Source: Chloroflexota bacterium (lineage in GTDB: Bacteria; Chloroflexota; Dehalococcoidia; GIF9; UBA5629). Taken from it: a stretch of 64,000 nucleotides of DNA. Numbering within the stretch: position 1 is the first letter of the stretch; the number at the start of each line of letters is the position of its first letter. Below, one piece after another: positions 45,790-56,480 of this stretch. Position numbers and translations under genes: made by a program. The stretch lies in the NCBI GenBank assembly GCA_016875875.1, contig VGOP01000003.1, positions 98,687 to 162,686 of the forward strand, read 5' to 3'. Below the pieces are notes generated by a model that did not search any database, had not been told where the DNA came from, and worked only from the letters and a program-made list of their open reading frames with translations.

Positions 45790-46479
45790 CTAAAGGTCTT
45801 TCAAAAACTCTTTAATATCACGGTTCACTTCGCCGGGCTTCTCCATGAAGACTAAGTGAGAGCCGCCGTCAATGATGAGCAGCTTGGCACCAGCGACTTT
45901 GTTGGCCAAATATTGGGAATACTTGACTGGCGTCATATCATCCTCAGTGCCACAAATAACCAATGTGGGAGCTGTAATCTGGTGAACTTTATCCATGATG
46001 TCAAACTTGTCACAGCATCTGAAATCGTTGAGCTGCACAGCAATGCCTACCTCGATCACTCTATTTATTACTTTTTCTCCTACTTCAGGAGCTACCCGGC
46101 TATAAAGTGGCTCAAGCATATTTCTCACCCAGTCAGCAGGGGCATCGATGCCGGCTCCCAACAAACTTAAAAAATCTGGCCTCACCCTTAATCTGGCTCC
46201 TGTGCCGACAAGTACAAGGGCCTTGACATCCGCGGGATAGTTCAGGGCATACATCTGGGCCACAGCGCCGCCCATAGAATGTCCCACTAATACAGGCTGC
46301 GAATAACCTTTATCCAGAACATATCGGTGAAGCCATTCGGCATAATCGTCGATGCTGGTGCAGGGCTTGCCTTCTGGATGACCAGGAAGGCTGATAGCAT
46401 CAGAATCGGCAAAATACTTGGTTTGATAATGCCAGACTAGGCCGGTATTGCCAGCACCATGAATAAAGATGAGCGTCAT
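45790..46479 (-). CDS. Alpha/beta hydrolase
   Basis: LIFIHGAG..., nucleophile elbow GHSMGG, ...GTEDDMTP..., ...GGSHL... Confidence 0.7.
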   Translation of the reverse strand: MTLIFIHGAGNTGLVWHYQTKYFADSDAISLPGHPEGKPCTSIDDYAEWLHRYVLDKGYSQPVLVGHSMGGAVAQMYALNYPADVKALVLVGTGARLRVRPDFLSLLGAGIDAPADWVRNMLEPLYSRVAPEVGEKVINRVIEVGIAVQLNDFRCCDKFDIMDKVHQITAPTLVICGTEDDMTPVKYSQYLANKVAGAKLLIIDGGSHLVFMEKPGEVNRDIKEFLKDL

Positions 46480-47081
46480 CCTAACACCTGCAAGACGCCC
46501 TGGCGAATCATTTTTATGGCGATAGCTGCTAAAAAGAGGCTCACTATTTTGGATGTGGCTCTGACCCCTCCCTGCCCCAGGAAAGCCACTACCCGGTTAG
46601 CTTGCGCAAAAAGCAACCAAGCTATTGCCAGATTTAGGATGAAAGAAACTATTACAATGATAATCGAGTACTGGTCGACCAGTATCAGCAGCGTGGTAAG
46701 CACTGCCGGCCCAACTACCAGAGGGGTGCCCAACGGGACAACGCCCAGCATATCAGCACCAACTGAAGCTTGAGCTTCAACCATCTTGCCGGTTATTAAA
46801 TCCCTGGCAGCCAAGAGGAAAAGGATGAGTCCGCCGGCGACCAGAAAGTCGGACACCTCGATGCCCAAAAAGATGAAAATGCCCTTGCCGATAGCAACAA
46901 AGCCTAAGCCTAATCCCAGAGCTGTAACTACCGCCAGGCGCACTGTTCGACTGCGCTCTTTGGCCTTAATATCCTGTGTCAAGGGAACCAATATGGGCAA
47001 GACACCAATTGCATCCATAGCCACAAATAGGGGAACAAAGGTCAAGCCGAACTCTTGCACAATTTGCAGCACTTTTTCCAT
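46476..47081 (-). CDS. MarC family (UPF0056) integral membrane protein
   Basis: FVPLFVAMDAIGVLPI... N-terminus and 6-TM pattern typical of MarC. Confidence 0.7.
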   Translation of the reverse strand: MEKVLQIVQEFGLTFVPLFVAMDAIGVLPILVPLTQDIKAKERSRTVRLAVVTALGLGLGFVAIGKGIFIFLGIEVSDFLVAGGLILFLLAARDLITGKMVEAQASVGADMLGVVPLGTPLVVGPAVLTTLLILVDQYSIIIVIVSFILNLAIAWLLFAQANRVVAFLGQGGVRATSKIVSLFLAAIAIKMIRQGVLQVLG

Positions 47082-47105
47082 GGCTAGCAGATAGGAAAGG
47101 CGCCC

Positions 47106-49565
47106 CTACTCAGCCTTAGCCTTGTCGCCTCCCTTATCATCCCCCTGATGGACACAGGCAATTGAGACCACACTGTCATCCTGTTCCAGTCTCTTCAAAT
47201 GTACCCCTTGGGTAGCTCTGCCCTGAAGCGAAACTTCTTCATCAACAGAGATACGGATGACAATGCCCTTGGCTGAAATGATAATAACGTGCTGATTTGG
47301 AGGGACAAGGTTAGCTGCAATAACCTTGCCTGTCTTTTCATTGACTCGATGAGCAATTACCCCTTTGCCACCCCGAGAGTAGAGAGGAAAGTTCCGCACG
47401 CGGCTACGCTTGCCAAAGCCTTTCTCCGTAACCGTAAGCAGAGCAGCCTCACGAAAGATGGCACCCATCGCCACCAGACGGTCACCAGGGCCGAGCCTGA
47501 TACCACGCACTCCACCACTAGTCCGAGAGGCCGGTCGCAAGCCCTTTACAGCAAACCTGATACCTTGGCCGTTTTGAGTTACCAAAATGACTTCACCTTT
47601 TTGGGTCACTACCTCAGCCGCGACCAACTCTTCATCACCTCGAAGTTTCATGGCAATAAGCCCGCTGCTTCTGACCGAAGCAAATTTGTCAAAGCTTGTC
47701 TTCTTCACTACGCCTTTCGAAGTAGCCATAACCATAAACAAGCCGGGGGTAAAATCTTTTACCACCACCAAGGCGGTTATTTGTTCCCTTGGGTCAACAG
47801 GCACCAAGTTAGCCAGAGCTGTTCCTTTCGTCGTTCGCGATAAATCCTGGGAGATATCATAACATCTAAGCCGGTAAACCTTACCCCGATTGGTAAACAG
47901 CAGTAAATTATCATGAGTATCAGCCACCACAAGATGTTTCACCATATCAGTTTCCCGGGTGACCATTCCCGTAACGCCCACGCCTCCTCTATGCTGTTTA
48001 TGATAAGTTATAGCCGGTATTCTCTTTATGTACCCCTGTTCGCTCAGCGTAATCGCCACATCCTGATGGGGGATAAGGTCCTCGTCCTGAAATTCCTCAG
48101 CCTCTTCCCGCTTAATCGCAGTACGCCGACCATCACCATACCCCTTCTTAAGCTCGGTGACATCCTGCTTAATAAGAAAGAGTATTTTCTTCGGATTCAC
48201 CAGAAGGTCTTCGAGATAAGCGATGTTCTTTACCACCTCGCTATACTCGTCGACTATTTTCTTCTGCTCCAGCTGTGCCAACCGACGTAGCTGCATATCA
48301 AGGATGGCCTGGGCTTGAATCTGTGATAGCCCAAACTTCTCCATTAAATTGGATCGAGCTGAATCGGCGGTCTCCGCCTTTCGGATGGTCTGAATAACCT
48401 CATCCAGGCGGTCAAGGGCAATTCTGAAGCCTTCAAGAATATGGGCTCGGTCCTTCGCCTTCTGGAGGTCAAACTGGGAGCGGCGAGCAATAACCACCCG
48501 GCGAAAATCTATGTAGCAAGTCAAAGTTTCTTTAAGATTAATGACTCGAGGCTGCCCATCAACCAGAGCCAGCATGTTAATGAAGAAAGACGATTGCATA
48601 GATGTATACTTGTAGAGATTGTTGGACACTTTGATAGGTTGAGCATCCTTTCTCAGCCCTATAACTACCCTCATACCATGGCGGTCTGATTCATCGCGAA
48701 CCTCACTTATCCCCTCGATCCGCCTTTCCCTTGCCAGTTCAGCTATCCTTTCCACCAAAGCGGCTTTATTGGTCTGATAAGGAAGTTCGGTTATGACCAA
48801 TTGCTGACGTCCGCCTCTCAGGTTTTCATCGGTGACTTTAGCCCGAACCACGACCTTACCTTGTCCACTGACATAAGCGCTCTTAATACCCTGCCGGCCT
48901 AAAATAATGCCTCCGGTGGGGAAATCCGGCCCCTTCACAATCTTCATCAAATCATCGACATCAGCCTCAGGGTTATCTATAAGATAATTAATAGCGTCAC
49001 ATACCTCACTGAGGTTATGAGGCGGTATGTTGGTAGCCATACCCACAGCGATACCTGATGAGCCATTCACCAGCAGATTGGGTGATCTGGCTGGTAAAAC
49101 CGTTGGCTCCTTCAAGCTATCATCAAAATTAGGCATGAAATCAACGGTATCTTTATCAATATCAACCAGCATTTCCTCGGCAATTTTCCCCAGGCGAGCT
49201 TCGGTATAACGCATAGCGGCTGGTGGGTCATCGTCCATACTGCCAAAATTGCCCTGTCCGTCAACAAGTCTATACCTCATGGAAAAATCCTGCGCCATTC
49301 TCACCATGGCCTCATATACAGGGGCATCTCCGTGAGGATGATACTTACCAAGAACCTCACCGACTATGCGAGCGCTCTTTTTATACGAACTGGTATGCCG
49401 GAGACCCAGCCCATCCATAGCATAGAGGATTCGCCGATGTACCGGTTTCAAGCCATCGCGCACATCCGGCAGGGCTCGGGAGACTATGACACTCATGGCA
49501 TAGTCAAGGTAGGAGCTCTTCATCTCCTCTTCAATGATAACTGGCTTAACTACTCCAACTTCCAT
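47106..49565 (-). CDS. gyrA: DNA gyrase subunit A
   Basis: [40 protein letters not shown], catalytic Tyr region, C-terminal beta-pinwheel repeats. Confidence 0.95.
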   Translation of the reverse strand: MEVGVVKPVIIEEEMKSSYLDYAMSVIVSRALPDVRDGLKPVHRRILYAMDGLGLRHTSSYKKSARIVGEVLGKYHPHGDAPVYEAMVRMAQDFSMRYRLVDGQGNFGSMDDDPPAAMRYTEARLGKIAEEMLVDIDKDTVDFMPNFDDSLKEPTVLPARSPNLLVNGSSGIAVGMATNIPPHNLSEVCDAINYLIDNPEADVDDLMKIVKGPDFPTGGIILGRQGIKSAYVSGQGKVVVRAKVTDENLRGGRQQLVITELPYQTNKAALVERIAELARERRIEGISEVRDESDRHGMRVVIGLRKDAQPIKVSNNLYKYTSMQSSFFINMLALVDGQPRVINLKETLTCYIDFRRVVIARRSQFDLQKAKDRAHILEGFRIALDRLDEVIQTIRKAETADSARSNLMEKFGLSQIQAQAILDMQLRRLAQLEQKKIVDEYSEVVKNIAYLEDLLVNPKKILFLIKQDVTELKKGYGDGRRTAIKREEAEEFQDEDLIPHQDVAITLSEQGYIKRIPAITYHKQHRGGVGVTGMVTRETDMVKHLVVADTHDNLLLFTNRGKVYRLRCYDISQDLSRTTKGTALANLVPVDPREQITALVVVKDFTPGLFMVMATSKGVVKKTSFDKFASVRSSGLIAMKLRGDEELVAAEVVTQKGEVILVTQNGQGIRFAVKGLRPASRTSGGVRGIRLGPGDRLVAMGAIFREAALLTVTEKGFGKRSRVRNFPLYSRGGKGVIAHRVNEKTGKVIAANLVPPNQHVIIISAKGIVIRISVDEEVSLQGRATQGVHLKRLEQDDSVVSIACVHQGDDKGGDKAKAE

Positions 49566-49608
49566 TTAGTCATCTCCTGAAAATTCGCTCGCTTCAGGGG
49601 GTAATTAA

Positions 49609-50445
49609 CTACTCCTCCATGAATTCTTCTTCTACCGTCGTTTCCTCATCAGGGGCAACCCCCTCAAATATGGAGAAGCCTTCGGGTATGAGTTCGCCCT
49701 CCTCTAATTCGATATCCTCTGCCTCCTCCAGGGCTTCCTCCCCCACAGCCTCATGTCTAAGCAAGGTATCTCGAACATGAGGTTGAAAGCCTTCAACTGC
49801 TTTAACTGGAAAGGAAAGACGTCCAATTTGGTTCGGGTGCTGAAATACCTCTCTGATGATAACCCTTGCACTGTCATTATCGATGCTGACAATGGCCGCA
49901 GTGTACTTATTCCCACCTTCCATCAATCTAGCCAGGCGCAAACCGTGAGGCGGCTCAACTAGTCCCAGATACTCCCCTTGGTCATTCTCAACTACAAGCT
50001 GCTTTCCCTTAACTTTCAAGTGAACTTGATTACCAGCAGCCATCCTGGCCAACAACTCACGAGGTGCCAGGCTTTGTAGGTTTACCACCCCAGCCTTTCC
50101 CATCTCGCCGATGAAAAGGTCCGGGGAAACCTCGCGGCGTTCCTCCTTTACTTTAACCTGGGAATCCGGCAACAAAGACAGCCGCTGGAGGTTTTTTTGA
50201 GCAATAGAGTTATAAGGGTCAAGGCCTAAAGCACGACTATAGGCTTCTTTAGCTTTGGCGAATTCACCAAGCTCCATAAATGCTCTACCCAGCCGGTTGT
50301 AGGCATCGATGTCTGTAGGAAAAAGCTCAATTATGCTCTGATTGACAGTTATTGCTTCCTGCCACCTACTCTGCATAGCCAAGGCAATAGCTTCTTGACT
50401 CGCTTTTCGTCTCAGTCTAGCCTTATCTTCTTCACGATCTGGCAT
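49609..50445 (-). CDS. Tetratricopeptide-repeat protein with acidic C-terminus
   Basis: TPR-like helices (AYNRLGRAFMELGEFAKAKEAYSRALGLDP...). Confidence 0.55.
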   Translation of the reverse strand: MPDREEDKARLRRKASQEAIALAMQSRWQEAITVNQSIIELFPTDIDAYNRLGRAFMELGEFAKAKEAYSRALGLDPYNSIAQKNLQRLSLLPDSQVKVKEERREVSPDLFIGEMGKAGVVNLQSLAPRELLARMAAGNQVHLKVKGKQLVVENDQGEYLGLVEPPHGLRLARLMEGGNKYTAAIVSIDNDSARVIIREVFQHPNQIGRLSFPVKAVEGFQPHVRDTLLRHEAVGEEALEEAEDIELEEGELIPEGFSIFEGVAPDEETTVEEEFMEE

Positions 50446-50625
50446 TGCTTTTCCTCTGTATTACCTCTCCAGTATAACCTTACTATTTTACCGCAGTCAC
50501 TGTGGCAAAAAAAGTGAACATTGTCAAGTATCTCAAGCTAAGTCGAAAGGTAATTTTGACAAAAAAAGCTGATTATGTTAGCTTACTACCACAGTAAATT
50601 CAAGTGAAAGCAAGAGGGAGAATCT

Positions 50626-50844
50626 GTGAAAGAGAAGGTACAAGAAGTCCTGAACAATATTAGACCGAGCCTACAAGCCGACGGGGGAGATGTAGAATTA
50701 GTTGACGTTAAAGAAGGCATAGTCAGCCTGAGACTTAAGGGGGCCTGCGCTGGTTGCCCTATGTCAACCATGACCCTCAAGAACGGCATCGAGCGAGTCC
50801 TGAAACAAGAGATATCGGGTATAAAAGAAGTTGTCGCTGTATAG
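50626..50844 (+). CDS. NifU-like (Nfu) Fe-S cluster assembly domain protein
   Basis: [13 protein letters not shown]...GACAGCPMS (CxxC) NifU C-terminal domain; GTG start with GAGGGAG SD. Confidence 0.75.
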   Translation: MKEKVQEVLNNIRPSLQADGGDVELVDVKEGIVSLRLKGACAGCPMSTMTLKNGIERVLKQEISGIKEVVAV

Positions 50845-50846
50845 CG

Positions 50847-52070
50847 TTAAATTGCATCTTGCTCCAAGTCAAAAGCCTTATGTAATGCCTTAACAGCGTC
50901 CTTCACCTTATCCTCAGCAATAATACAGGTTATCCTTATTTCAGAAGTAGTAATCAACTGGATATTGATGCCCTGTTCAGAAAGAGCCCGAAACATATTA
51001 GACGCATAGCCCGGCGTATTCACCATGCCGGTGCCAACAACGCTCACTTTGGCTAATGTCGAATCGCTGACACACTTCTTAGCCCCGATAGACTTGGCTA
51101 TCGGTTGCACCAGAGCCATTGCCTTATCTAAATCACCTTTAGCTACGGTAAAGGTTAAGTCAGTAATATTGTCGATACTGGCATTCTGAACGATAGTGTC
51201 CACGCTTATATTTGCTTTAGCTAACGATTCAAAGATTGCTGAAGCTATACCCGGTCGGTCAGGCACACCGACCACAGTAACCTTAGCCACATTAAGGTCA
51301 TGAGCGATACCCCGCGCTTTGTTTCTTACTTCCATCGGAATCCCTCCATGAATAATAGTACCAGGTTTATCACTAAAGCTGGAAGCCACCATTATCGGCA
51401 TGTTGTAAACCTGGCCCAACTCCACCGCCCGAGAGTGCATCACTTTGGCACCTAATGTCGCCAGCTCCAGCATTTCCTCATAGCCGATTTCCTCAAGCTT
51501 ACGGGCCTCAGGCACAAGTCGAGGGTCAGCAGTAAACACACCCTCAACATCTGTATATATCTGGCATATCTGAGCCCTAAGAGCAGCAGCCAAAGCTACA
51601 GCCGTGGTATCCGAGCCACCTCGACCCAGGGTAGTGATGTCCATATCCTTAGTTATTCCCTGGAATCCAGCTACAATTACAATATTGCCCTTTTCCAACT
51701 CTTCAACAACTCGTTTGGGTTCAATACGCAGTATGCGAGCTTTGCTGTAGATAGCATCAGTCTCGATGCCCGCCTGGGCACCTGTCAAGCTCACCGCCTT
51801 ATGGCCCATTTCATGCAAAGCCATAGCCAGGAGGGTGCTGGAAACTATCTCGCCAGTGGACAATAAGACATCAAGCTCCCGTTCATGAGGCTTAGGATTA
51901 ATCTTCCTGGCCAGTTCTATCAGTTCATCGGTAGTTTTGCCCATGGCAGACACAATTACAACCACCTCATTACCTTTTTCTTTGGTGGCAACTATGCGCC
52001 GAGCCACATTCTTTATTTTCTCGGCATCAGCCACCGAGCTGCCGCCATATTTCTGGACTATCAGTGCCAT
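50847..52070 (-). CDS. Aspartate kinase
   Basis: [13 protein letters not shown]... AAK fold and two C-terminal ACT domains. Confidence 0.9.
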   Translation of the reverse strand: MALIVQKYGGSSVADAEKIKNVARRIVATKEKGNEVVVIVSAMGKTTDELIELARKINPKPHERELDVLLSTGEIVSSTLLAMALHEMGHKAVSLTGAQAGIETDAIYSKARILRIEPKRVVEELEKGNIVIVAGFQGITKDMDITTLGRGGSDTTAVALAAALRAQICQIYTDVEGVFTADPRLVPEARKLEEIGYEEMLELATLGAKVMHSRAVELGQVYNMPIMVASSFSDKPGTIIHGGIPMEVRNKARGIAHDLNVAKVTVVGVPDRPGIASAIFESLAKANISVDTIVQNASIDNITDLTFTVAKGDLDKAMALVQPIAKSIGAKKCVSDSTLAKVSVVGTGMVNTPGYASNMFRALSEQGINIQLITTSEIRITCIIAEDKVKDAVKALHKAFDLEQDAI

Positions 52071-52119
52071 CTCTCTTTCCTGCCTATTCTAAACTATCTG
52101 GAAAGCGGTTTCCACTTGC

Positions 52120-53307
52120 CTATACACGTGTCAGCTTGCTCATAATATTATACCCGTCTTCAATAAAAATGCCAGTGCTTTTAGCCTCGGCCTCGGTGAA
52201 CTTTTTCGCCCCGCTGGAGGCGACCCCAGAACCCCAGAGCACAAATGGAACCGGCTCATCAGTATGGGTCTGAATCTTTATCGGCGTTGGATGGTCGGGC
52301 AACACCAGAACTCTAAGTACATCGAGATTCCAGGAGCGTATCCGGCCGACAACTTCTTTATCCACCATCTGGATGGCCTCTACCTTATCATCAATCGAGC
52401 CGGCATGAGCCGCCTCATCCGGCGCTTCAACGTGGATGGCAACCAAGTCGTACTTCTCCAGCGCCTTCAAAGTTCCAGCTGCCTGAGCAGCATAATCATT
52501 ATCCAGGCCATCGGTCACACCCGGTATATCCAGCACTGTCATATCCGCCATCTGGGCTAAGCCGCGGAGAAGGTCAACGCCGGATGTCATAGCCGCCCCG
52601 AGGCCATAAACTCGCTTAAAAGACGGCATCTCAGGTATTTTGCCACTGCCCCAGAATAGCCAAATCATAGTCGCCGGGATATCGCCGCGAGCTTTCCGCT
52701 CCACATTCACCGGATGCTCCTTAAGCACAGCTTTCGACCTTTCCATAAGGTCCCGTAACAGGTCACTGCCCGGTCCCTGGGGCAGAAAATCAGCAATAGG
52801 CTTATCCGGTATATCGTGTGGCGGTGTGCAGTTAGCCAAAAGTGCATCATCATGCCCTTTTATCTTGCATATGTGCCGATAGCGAACACCGGGATAAAAA
52901 TGTATTTTATCACTGCCAAACTTTTCATTCAGAGCAGCGATAAGTGCATGGGCTTCGTCGGTGTCGATATGTCCTGAGCTATAGCTCCACATCTTTCCGT
53001 CACGAACGGCGACCAAATTGCAGCGAAAAACGACCTCGTTATCGGCAACAGGAATGCCCATACTCTTAGCCTCGATACCGCTCCTCCCCCGGTAATAGAC
53101 CTTTGGGTCATAGCCGAGAACCGACATGCAGGCACAGGCGCTGCTGGGCTCCATTCCCTGCGGCACAGTTCGAACCAGCCCGACAACACCTTCCTGCGCC
53201 ATTGCCTCCAGATTCGGGACGCGGGCAAGCTCCAGGCAAGTCTTACCATCACGCTCCGGCAGTGCCCAGCCGGCAGCACCGTCAATTATAAGAACACAGT
53301 ATTTCAT
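52120..53307 (-). CDS. 2,3-bisphosphoglycerate-independent phosphoglycerate mutase, archaeal-type (ApgM family)
   Basis: MKYCVLIIDGAAGW..., metal-binding Asp/His/Ser pattern of the ApgM family. Confidence 0.8.
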   Translation of the reverse strand: MKYCVLIIDGAAGWALPERDGKTCLELARVPNLEAMAQEGVVGLVRTVPQGMEPSSACACMSVLGYDPKVYYRGRSGIEAKSMGIPVADNEVVFRCNLVAVRDGKMWSYSSGHIDTDEAHALIAALNEKFGSDKIHFYPGVRYRHICKIKGHDDALLANCTPPHDIPDKPIADFLPQGPGSDLLRDLMERSKAVLKEHPVNVERKARGDIPATMIWLFWGSGKIPEMPSFKRVYGLGAAMTSGVDLLRGLAQMADMTVLDIPGVTDGLDNDYAAQAAGTLKALEKYDLVAIHVEAPDEAAHAGSIDDKVEAIQMVDKEVVGRIRSWNLDVLRVLVLPDHPTPIKIQTHTDEPVPFVLWGSGVASSGAKKFTEAEAKSTGIFIEDGYNIMSKLTRV

Positions 53308-53329
53308 TATGTTCTACCTACAGTAACTT

Positions 53330-53425
53330 TCACTGTCATCGCGAGGGGCATCAACCCCGTGGCGATCTCGGGGTGGCTGGGAAAGGCAATCAGACTGCTT
53401 CGCTTCGCTCGCAATGACACATAAA
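53330..53425. repeat. Intergenic inverted-repeat element of the CACTGTCATTCTGAGCGAAG family (locus 3), between the pgm start and tRNA-Pro
   Basis: CACTGTCATCGCGAGGGG ...(~50 nt)... CTTCGCTTCGCTCGCAATGACACA. Confidence 0.35.
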
Positions 53426-53493
53426 ACGTGCCAACGTCTCCATAGTTTACAATGCTTGCCCCAAAAGTTAAAGCCGCTTATAATAGGCGGTGG

Positions 53494-53570
53494 CGGGGCG
53501 TAGCGCAGTCTGGTAGCGCGCAGCGTTCGGGACGCTGAGGTCGGAGGTTCGAACCCTCTCGCCCCGACCA
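53494..53570 (+). tRNA. tRNA-Pro (anticodon CGG)
   Basis: Acceptor stem CGGGGCG/CGCCCCG, D-arm TAGCGCAGTCTGGTAGCGC, anticodon loop TTCGGGA (CGG), T-arm GGTTCGAACCC, discriminator A and encoded CCA; 77 nt. Confidence 0.9.
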
Positions 53571-53572
53571 GA

Positions 53573-54352
53573 TTATTTTACCCTACGCTTGGCCTCTTCC
53601 CACAAGGCGTTTTGCTCATCCAAAGACAGGCTGCCGAGGTTGATACCACGCTCACGGCAGACTTTTTCCATATAGGCAAAGCGACAGGAGAAGTGCTGAT
53701 TCGCCGAGCGGAGCGCCATCTCCAGGTCTATATCCAACCGGCGAGCCACGTTGACCAGCGTAAAAAGCAAATCGCCGAACTCTTTAACTTTTTCCTGCTG
53801 GTCGGGTGCCTGTTTAATCTCAGCCACCTCTTCAGCCAGCTTATCTATGATTTCCTCCACTTTCTCCCAGTCAAAACCGACTCTGGCTACTCGTCGCTGA
53901 ATAGATTGGCTGTAGGCCAGGGCTGGCATTTGTTCAGGTACGCCGGCTAAAAGCGATTCTCCCTCCTCCCGCTCTTCCTGCTTTAAAGCCTCCCAGTTTA
54001 CCTCCACCTCCCCGGCATCACGTACTTTCTGCCCACCGAAGACATGGGGATGGCGATGGATCAGCTTGTTGCTTATGCCCTGGACAACATCATCGATACT
54101 GAATTGCCCCGCTTCAGCAGCAATTTGGGCATGAAGCATAATCTGAAGCAGGAGGTCTCCTAACTCGTCACGGAGCTTTTGCGGAGTCTCTTCCTCCAGA
54201 GCCTGTAAGACCTCGTAGCACTCCTCAATTAAGTACGGTTTCAACGAGGCGTGAGTTTGCTTTTTATCCCAAGGGCAGCCATCTGGACCACGCAGCCTGG
54301 TAATAATCTCCTTAAGTGCAGCGAAGCTGTCCAGTCTCTCCTTCTTAGGCAA
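53573..54352 (-). CDS. mazG: MazG nucleoside triphosphate pyrophosphohydrolase
   Basis: [29 protein letters not shown]... tandem MazG EExxE motifs. Confidence 0.85.
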   Translation of the reverse strand: MPKKERLDSFAALKEIITRLRGPDGCPWDKKQTHASLKPYLIEECYEVLQALEEETPQKLRDELGDLLLQIMLHAQIAAEAGQFSIDDVVQGISNKLIHRHPHVFGGQKVRDAGEVEVNWEALKQEEREEGESLLAGVPEQMPALAYSQSIQRRVARVGFDWEKVEEIIDKLAEEVAEIKQAPDQQEKVKEFGDLLFTLVNVARRLDIDLEMALRSANQHFSCRFAYMEKVCRERGINLGSLSLDEQNALWEEAKRRVK

Positions 54353-54420
54353 AATATAACCCCAGTGAGAATTTGCTTGTTCCGGCGCAATTATAATAGG
54401 GGCGGATATAAATTAGCAAT

Positions 54421-54456
54421 CCCAGAGATTCTTCGCTCAGAATGACAGTGGGCGGG
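54421..54456. repeat. Copy of the CACTGTCATTCTGAGCGAAG-family motif (locus 2, reverse orientation), upstream of mazG
   Basis: CCCAGAGATTCTTCGCTCAGAATGACAGTGGG read directly. Confidence 0.35.
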
Positions 54457-54469
54457 TTCTAAATAATAA

Positions 54470-54497
54470 ACCCCCTGAAAAAAGGTTTTTCAGGGGG
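54470..54497 (-). terminator. Intrinsic terminator downstream of the YugP-like peptidase gene (CCCCCTGAAAAA.AGG.TTTTTCAGGGGGG, T-run on the minus strand)
   Basis: 12-bp GC-capped stem with a U-tract on the minus strand. Confidence 0.5.
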
Positions 54498-54521
54498 GCT
54501 GAGAAAAGCAGAATCCAGAGT

Positions 54522-55229
54522 TTACCTTCGACCCATGCCCAAGGCAATCAAAACAAAATAGAAAAGCTGAGCCACCGCCTGGAGTGTAGCAGCGACATAC
54601 GTCAAAGCCGCAGCCGATAGAACAGCACTGGCTCCGTCATACTCCTGAGTAGAAACCATGCCGGTGCTGCGTAACATTTGCCTCGCCCGATTGCTGGCAT
54701 TATATTCCACAGGCAAGGTAATCAGGCTGAAAATCACCGCTAATGAAAAGAGAAAAACGCCGGCCCAGACTACAGTCATACCGAACTTGGCACTAAACAT
54801 AACCAATAATAAACCCAGGATGACAAAGATATAACCGAGAGTACTACCCACATTAGCCGCCGGCACTAAAGACGTTCGAAATTTCAGAAAGGCATAGCCA
54901 GTCTTATCTTGAACGGCATGCCCTACTTCGTGAGCCACTATCCCTAATGCAGCCACAGATGGAGTATTAGCTACTGCCGGGGAAAGGCGCAACACCTTTT
55001 TGCTCGGGTCATAGTGGTCACCCAGCCGGCTTTTCACCCCTTCAACTCTAACATCATTCAAGCCGTTGGCACGAAGCAACCTTTCGGCTGCTTCAGCCCC
55101 GGTGACACGCTGTGAATTAGCCATCTTGGAATACTTTTTAAATGCTGAATTCACCTTTGCCTGAGCGTAAATCATAAAAATAAAAGGTGGCAGCATAATG
55201 AGAAACCACATTGGGTCAAAGAAAAACAT
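54522..55229 (-). CDS. Zinc metallopeptidase, YugP/Zn_peptidase_2 family (membrane-associated)
   Basis: HEVGHAVQD (HExxH) motif, flanking TM helices. Confidence 0.7.
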   Translation of the reverse strand: MFFFDPMWFLIMLPPFIFMIYAQAKVNSAFKKYSKMANSQRVTGAEAAERLLRANGLNDVRVEGVKSRLGDHYDPSKKVLRLSPAVANTPSVAALGIVAHEVGHAVQDKTGYAFLKFRTSLVPAANVGSTLGYIFVILGLLLVMFSAKFGMTVVWAGVFLFSLAVIFSLITLPVEYNASNRARQMLRSTGMVSTQEYDGASAVLSAAALTYVAATLQAVAQLFYFVLIALGMGRR

Positions 55230-55282
55230 CTTCTACATCCCTCCTGAATAACACTCTATTCTAGTCAAAATATAAAGTCATG

Positions 55283-56227
55283 TCAAAGTAAGCGGCTGCC
55301 GATAAAATCACGCTGCCCGCGCACAAACTCCTCTGCTGACACCTCACGCTTCCCCTCCAATTGGACTCTCAGCAGCCCTAGAGCTCCATCTCCAGTTTCA
55401 ACTCCAACTATCGCCGGCGCTGATGGAGACAAGGCTATCACCTTGCCAGGTTCGCCAGACTTCTCGCCATACAGCGGCACGGCCTTACAAATTTTCAATC
55501 GCTTACCGTGCCACCAGGCATAGCACCCCGGCCAGGGGTCAAAGGCGCGGATTCGTCGCCATAATTCCAAAGTTGAAAGCCGCCAGCCTATCTCTCCATC
55601 GCCTTTAGAGATGACTTTACTATAACTAGCCCGGCTTTCGTCTTGAGGTTGCGGCTTAATTCGCCCATCAATCCACAAAGGCAACGTCTCCATGAGCAAT
55701 TGTGCCCCAACTTGAGCTAACTTAACGGCGAGTAAACGAGTAGTATCATCAGCCGATATAGAGACTTCCCTCTGGCTCAAAATGGGGCCGCTATCCAAAC
55801 CAACGTCCAGCAACATAATTGTGACACCCGTAATTTCATCACCTTGTAAAATGGCCGTGGCTATTGGGGAAGCACCCCGATGCCTAGGTAGAAGGGAAGG
55901 GTGGACATTAAGGCAGCCGAATTTGGGTAAAGCCAATACTTCTGGCGGTAGAATATGCCCAAAAGCTGCCACCACAATCAAGTCAGGAGCAAAACTATTT
56001 AACTGGTCAATGGCGCTACTGGTCTTCAAGTTGTCCGGCTGAATCACCTGCAGCCCATTAGATAGAGCCAGCTGTTTTACCGGAGAGGACATAACCGCCT
56101 GTCCTCTTCCAGCCTTACTATCTGGCCGCGTATATACGGCAACCACCTGGTAAGTGCTGCGAATCAAAGCCTCCAAACTGGGAACAGCGAACTCCGGAGT
56201 GCCCATAAAAATGATGTTTTTTGCCAT
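55283..56227 (-). CDS. fmt: Methionyl-tRNA formyltransferase
   Basis: MAKNIIFMGTPEFAVPSLEAL...HPSLLPRHRGASPI... Confidence 0.9.
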   Translation of the reverse strand: MAKNIIFMGTPEFAVPSLEALIRSTYQVVAVYTRPDSKAGRGQAVMSSPVKQLALSNGLQVIQPDNLKTSSAIDQLNSFAPDLIVVAAFGHILPPEVLALPKFGCLNVHPSLLPRHRGASPIATAILQGDEITGVTIMLLDVGLDSGPILSQREVSISADDTTRLLAVKLAQVGAQLLMETLPLWIDGRIKPQPQDESRASYSKVISKGDGEIGWRLSTLELWRRIRAFDPWPGCYAWWHGKRLKICKAVPLYGEKSGEPGKVIALSPSAPAIVGVETGDGALGLLRVQLEGKREVSAEEFVRGQRDFIGSRLL

Positions 56228-56480
56228 GACAAATAAATTTTACCAACTTTCTCCATTATGTCAAAAAACCCCTTGACACCCAAACAGACCGCTGTGTTAC
56301 TCTTAAGGAGTTGTGGTGCGGGTCCTCGGTCTATTTTTTTACTAATCTTTTTTTAATAATCCGCTAAATATCGCTTGCGGTCCAGCATATAGACTCTGGG
56401 ACTCAAAAGCTCGAAAATACCTCTGGGTGGGGGGTTGTTTCATTTGCGGGGATTTTCAAACTAAATTTGGCAGGAATGAG

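Noticed and set aside
53494-53575. tRNA-Pro 3' end directly abutting the mazG stop codon (convergent, about 2-nt gap)
   Set aside because: Unusual-looking but explainable by compact gene packing. No evidence of overlap or an integrated element; not pursued.
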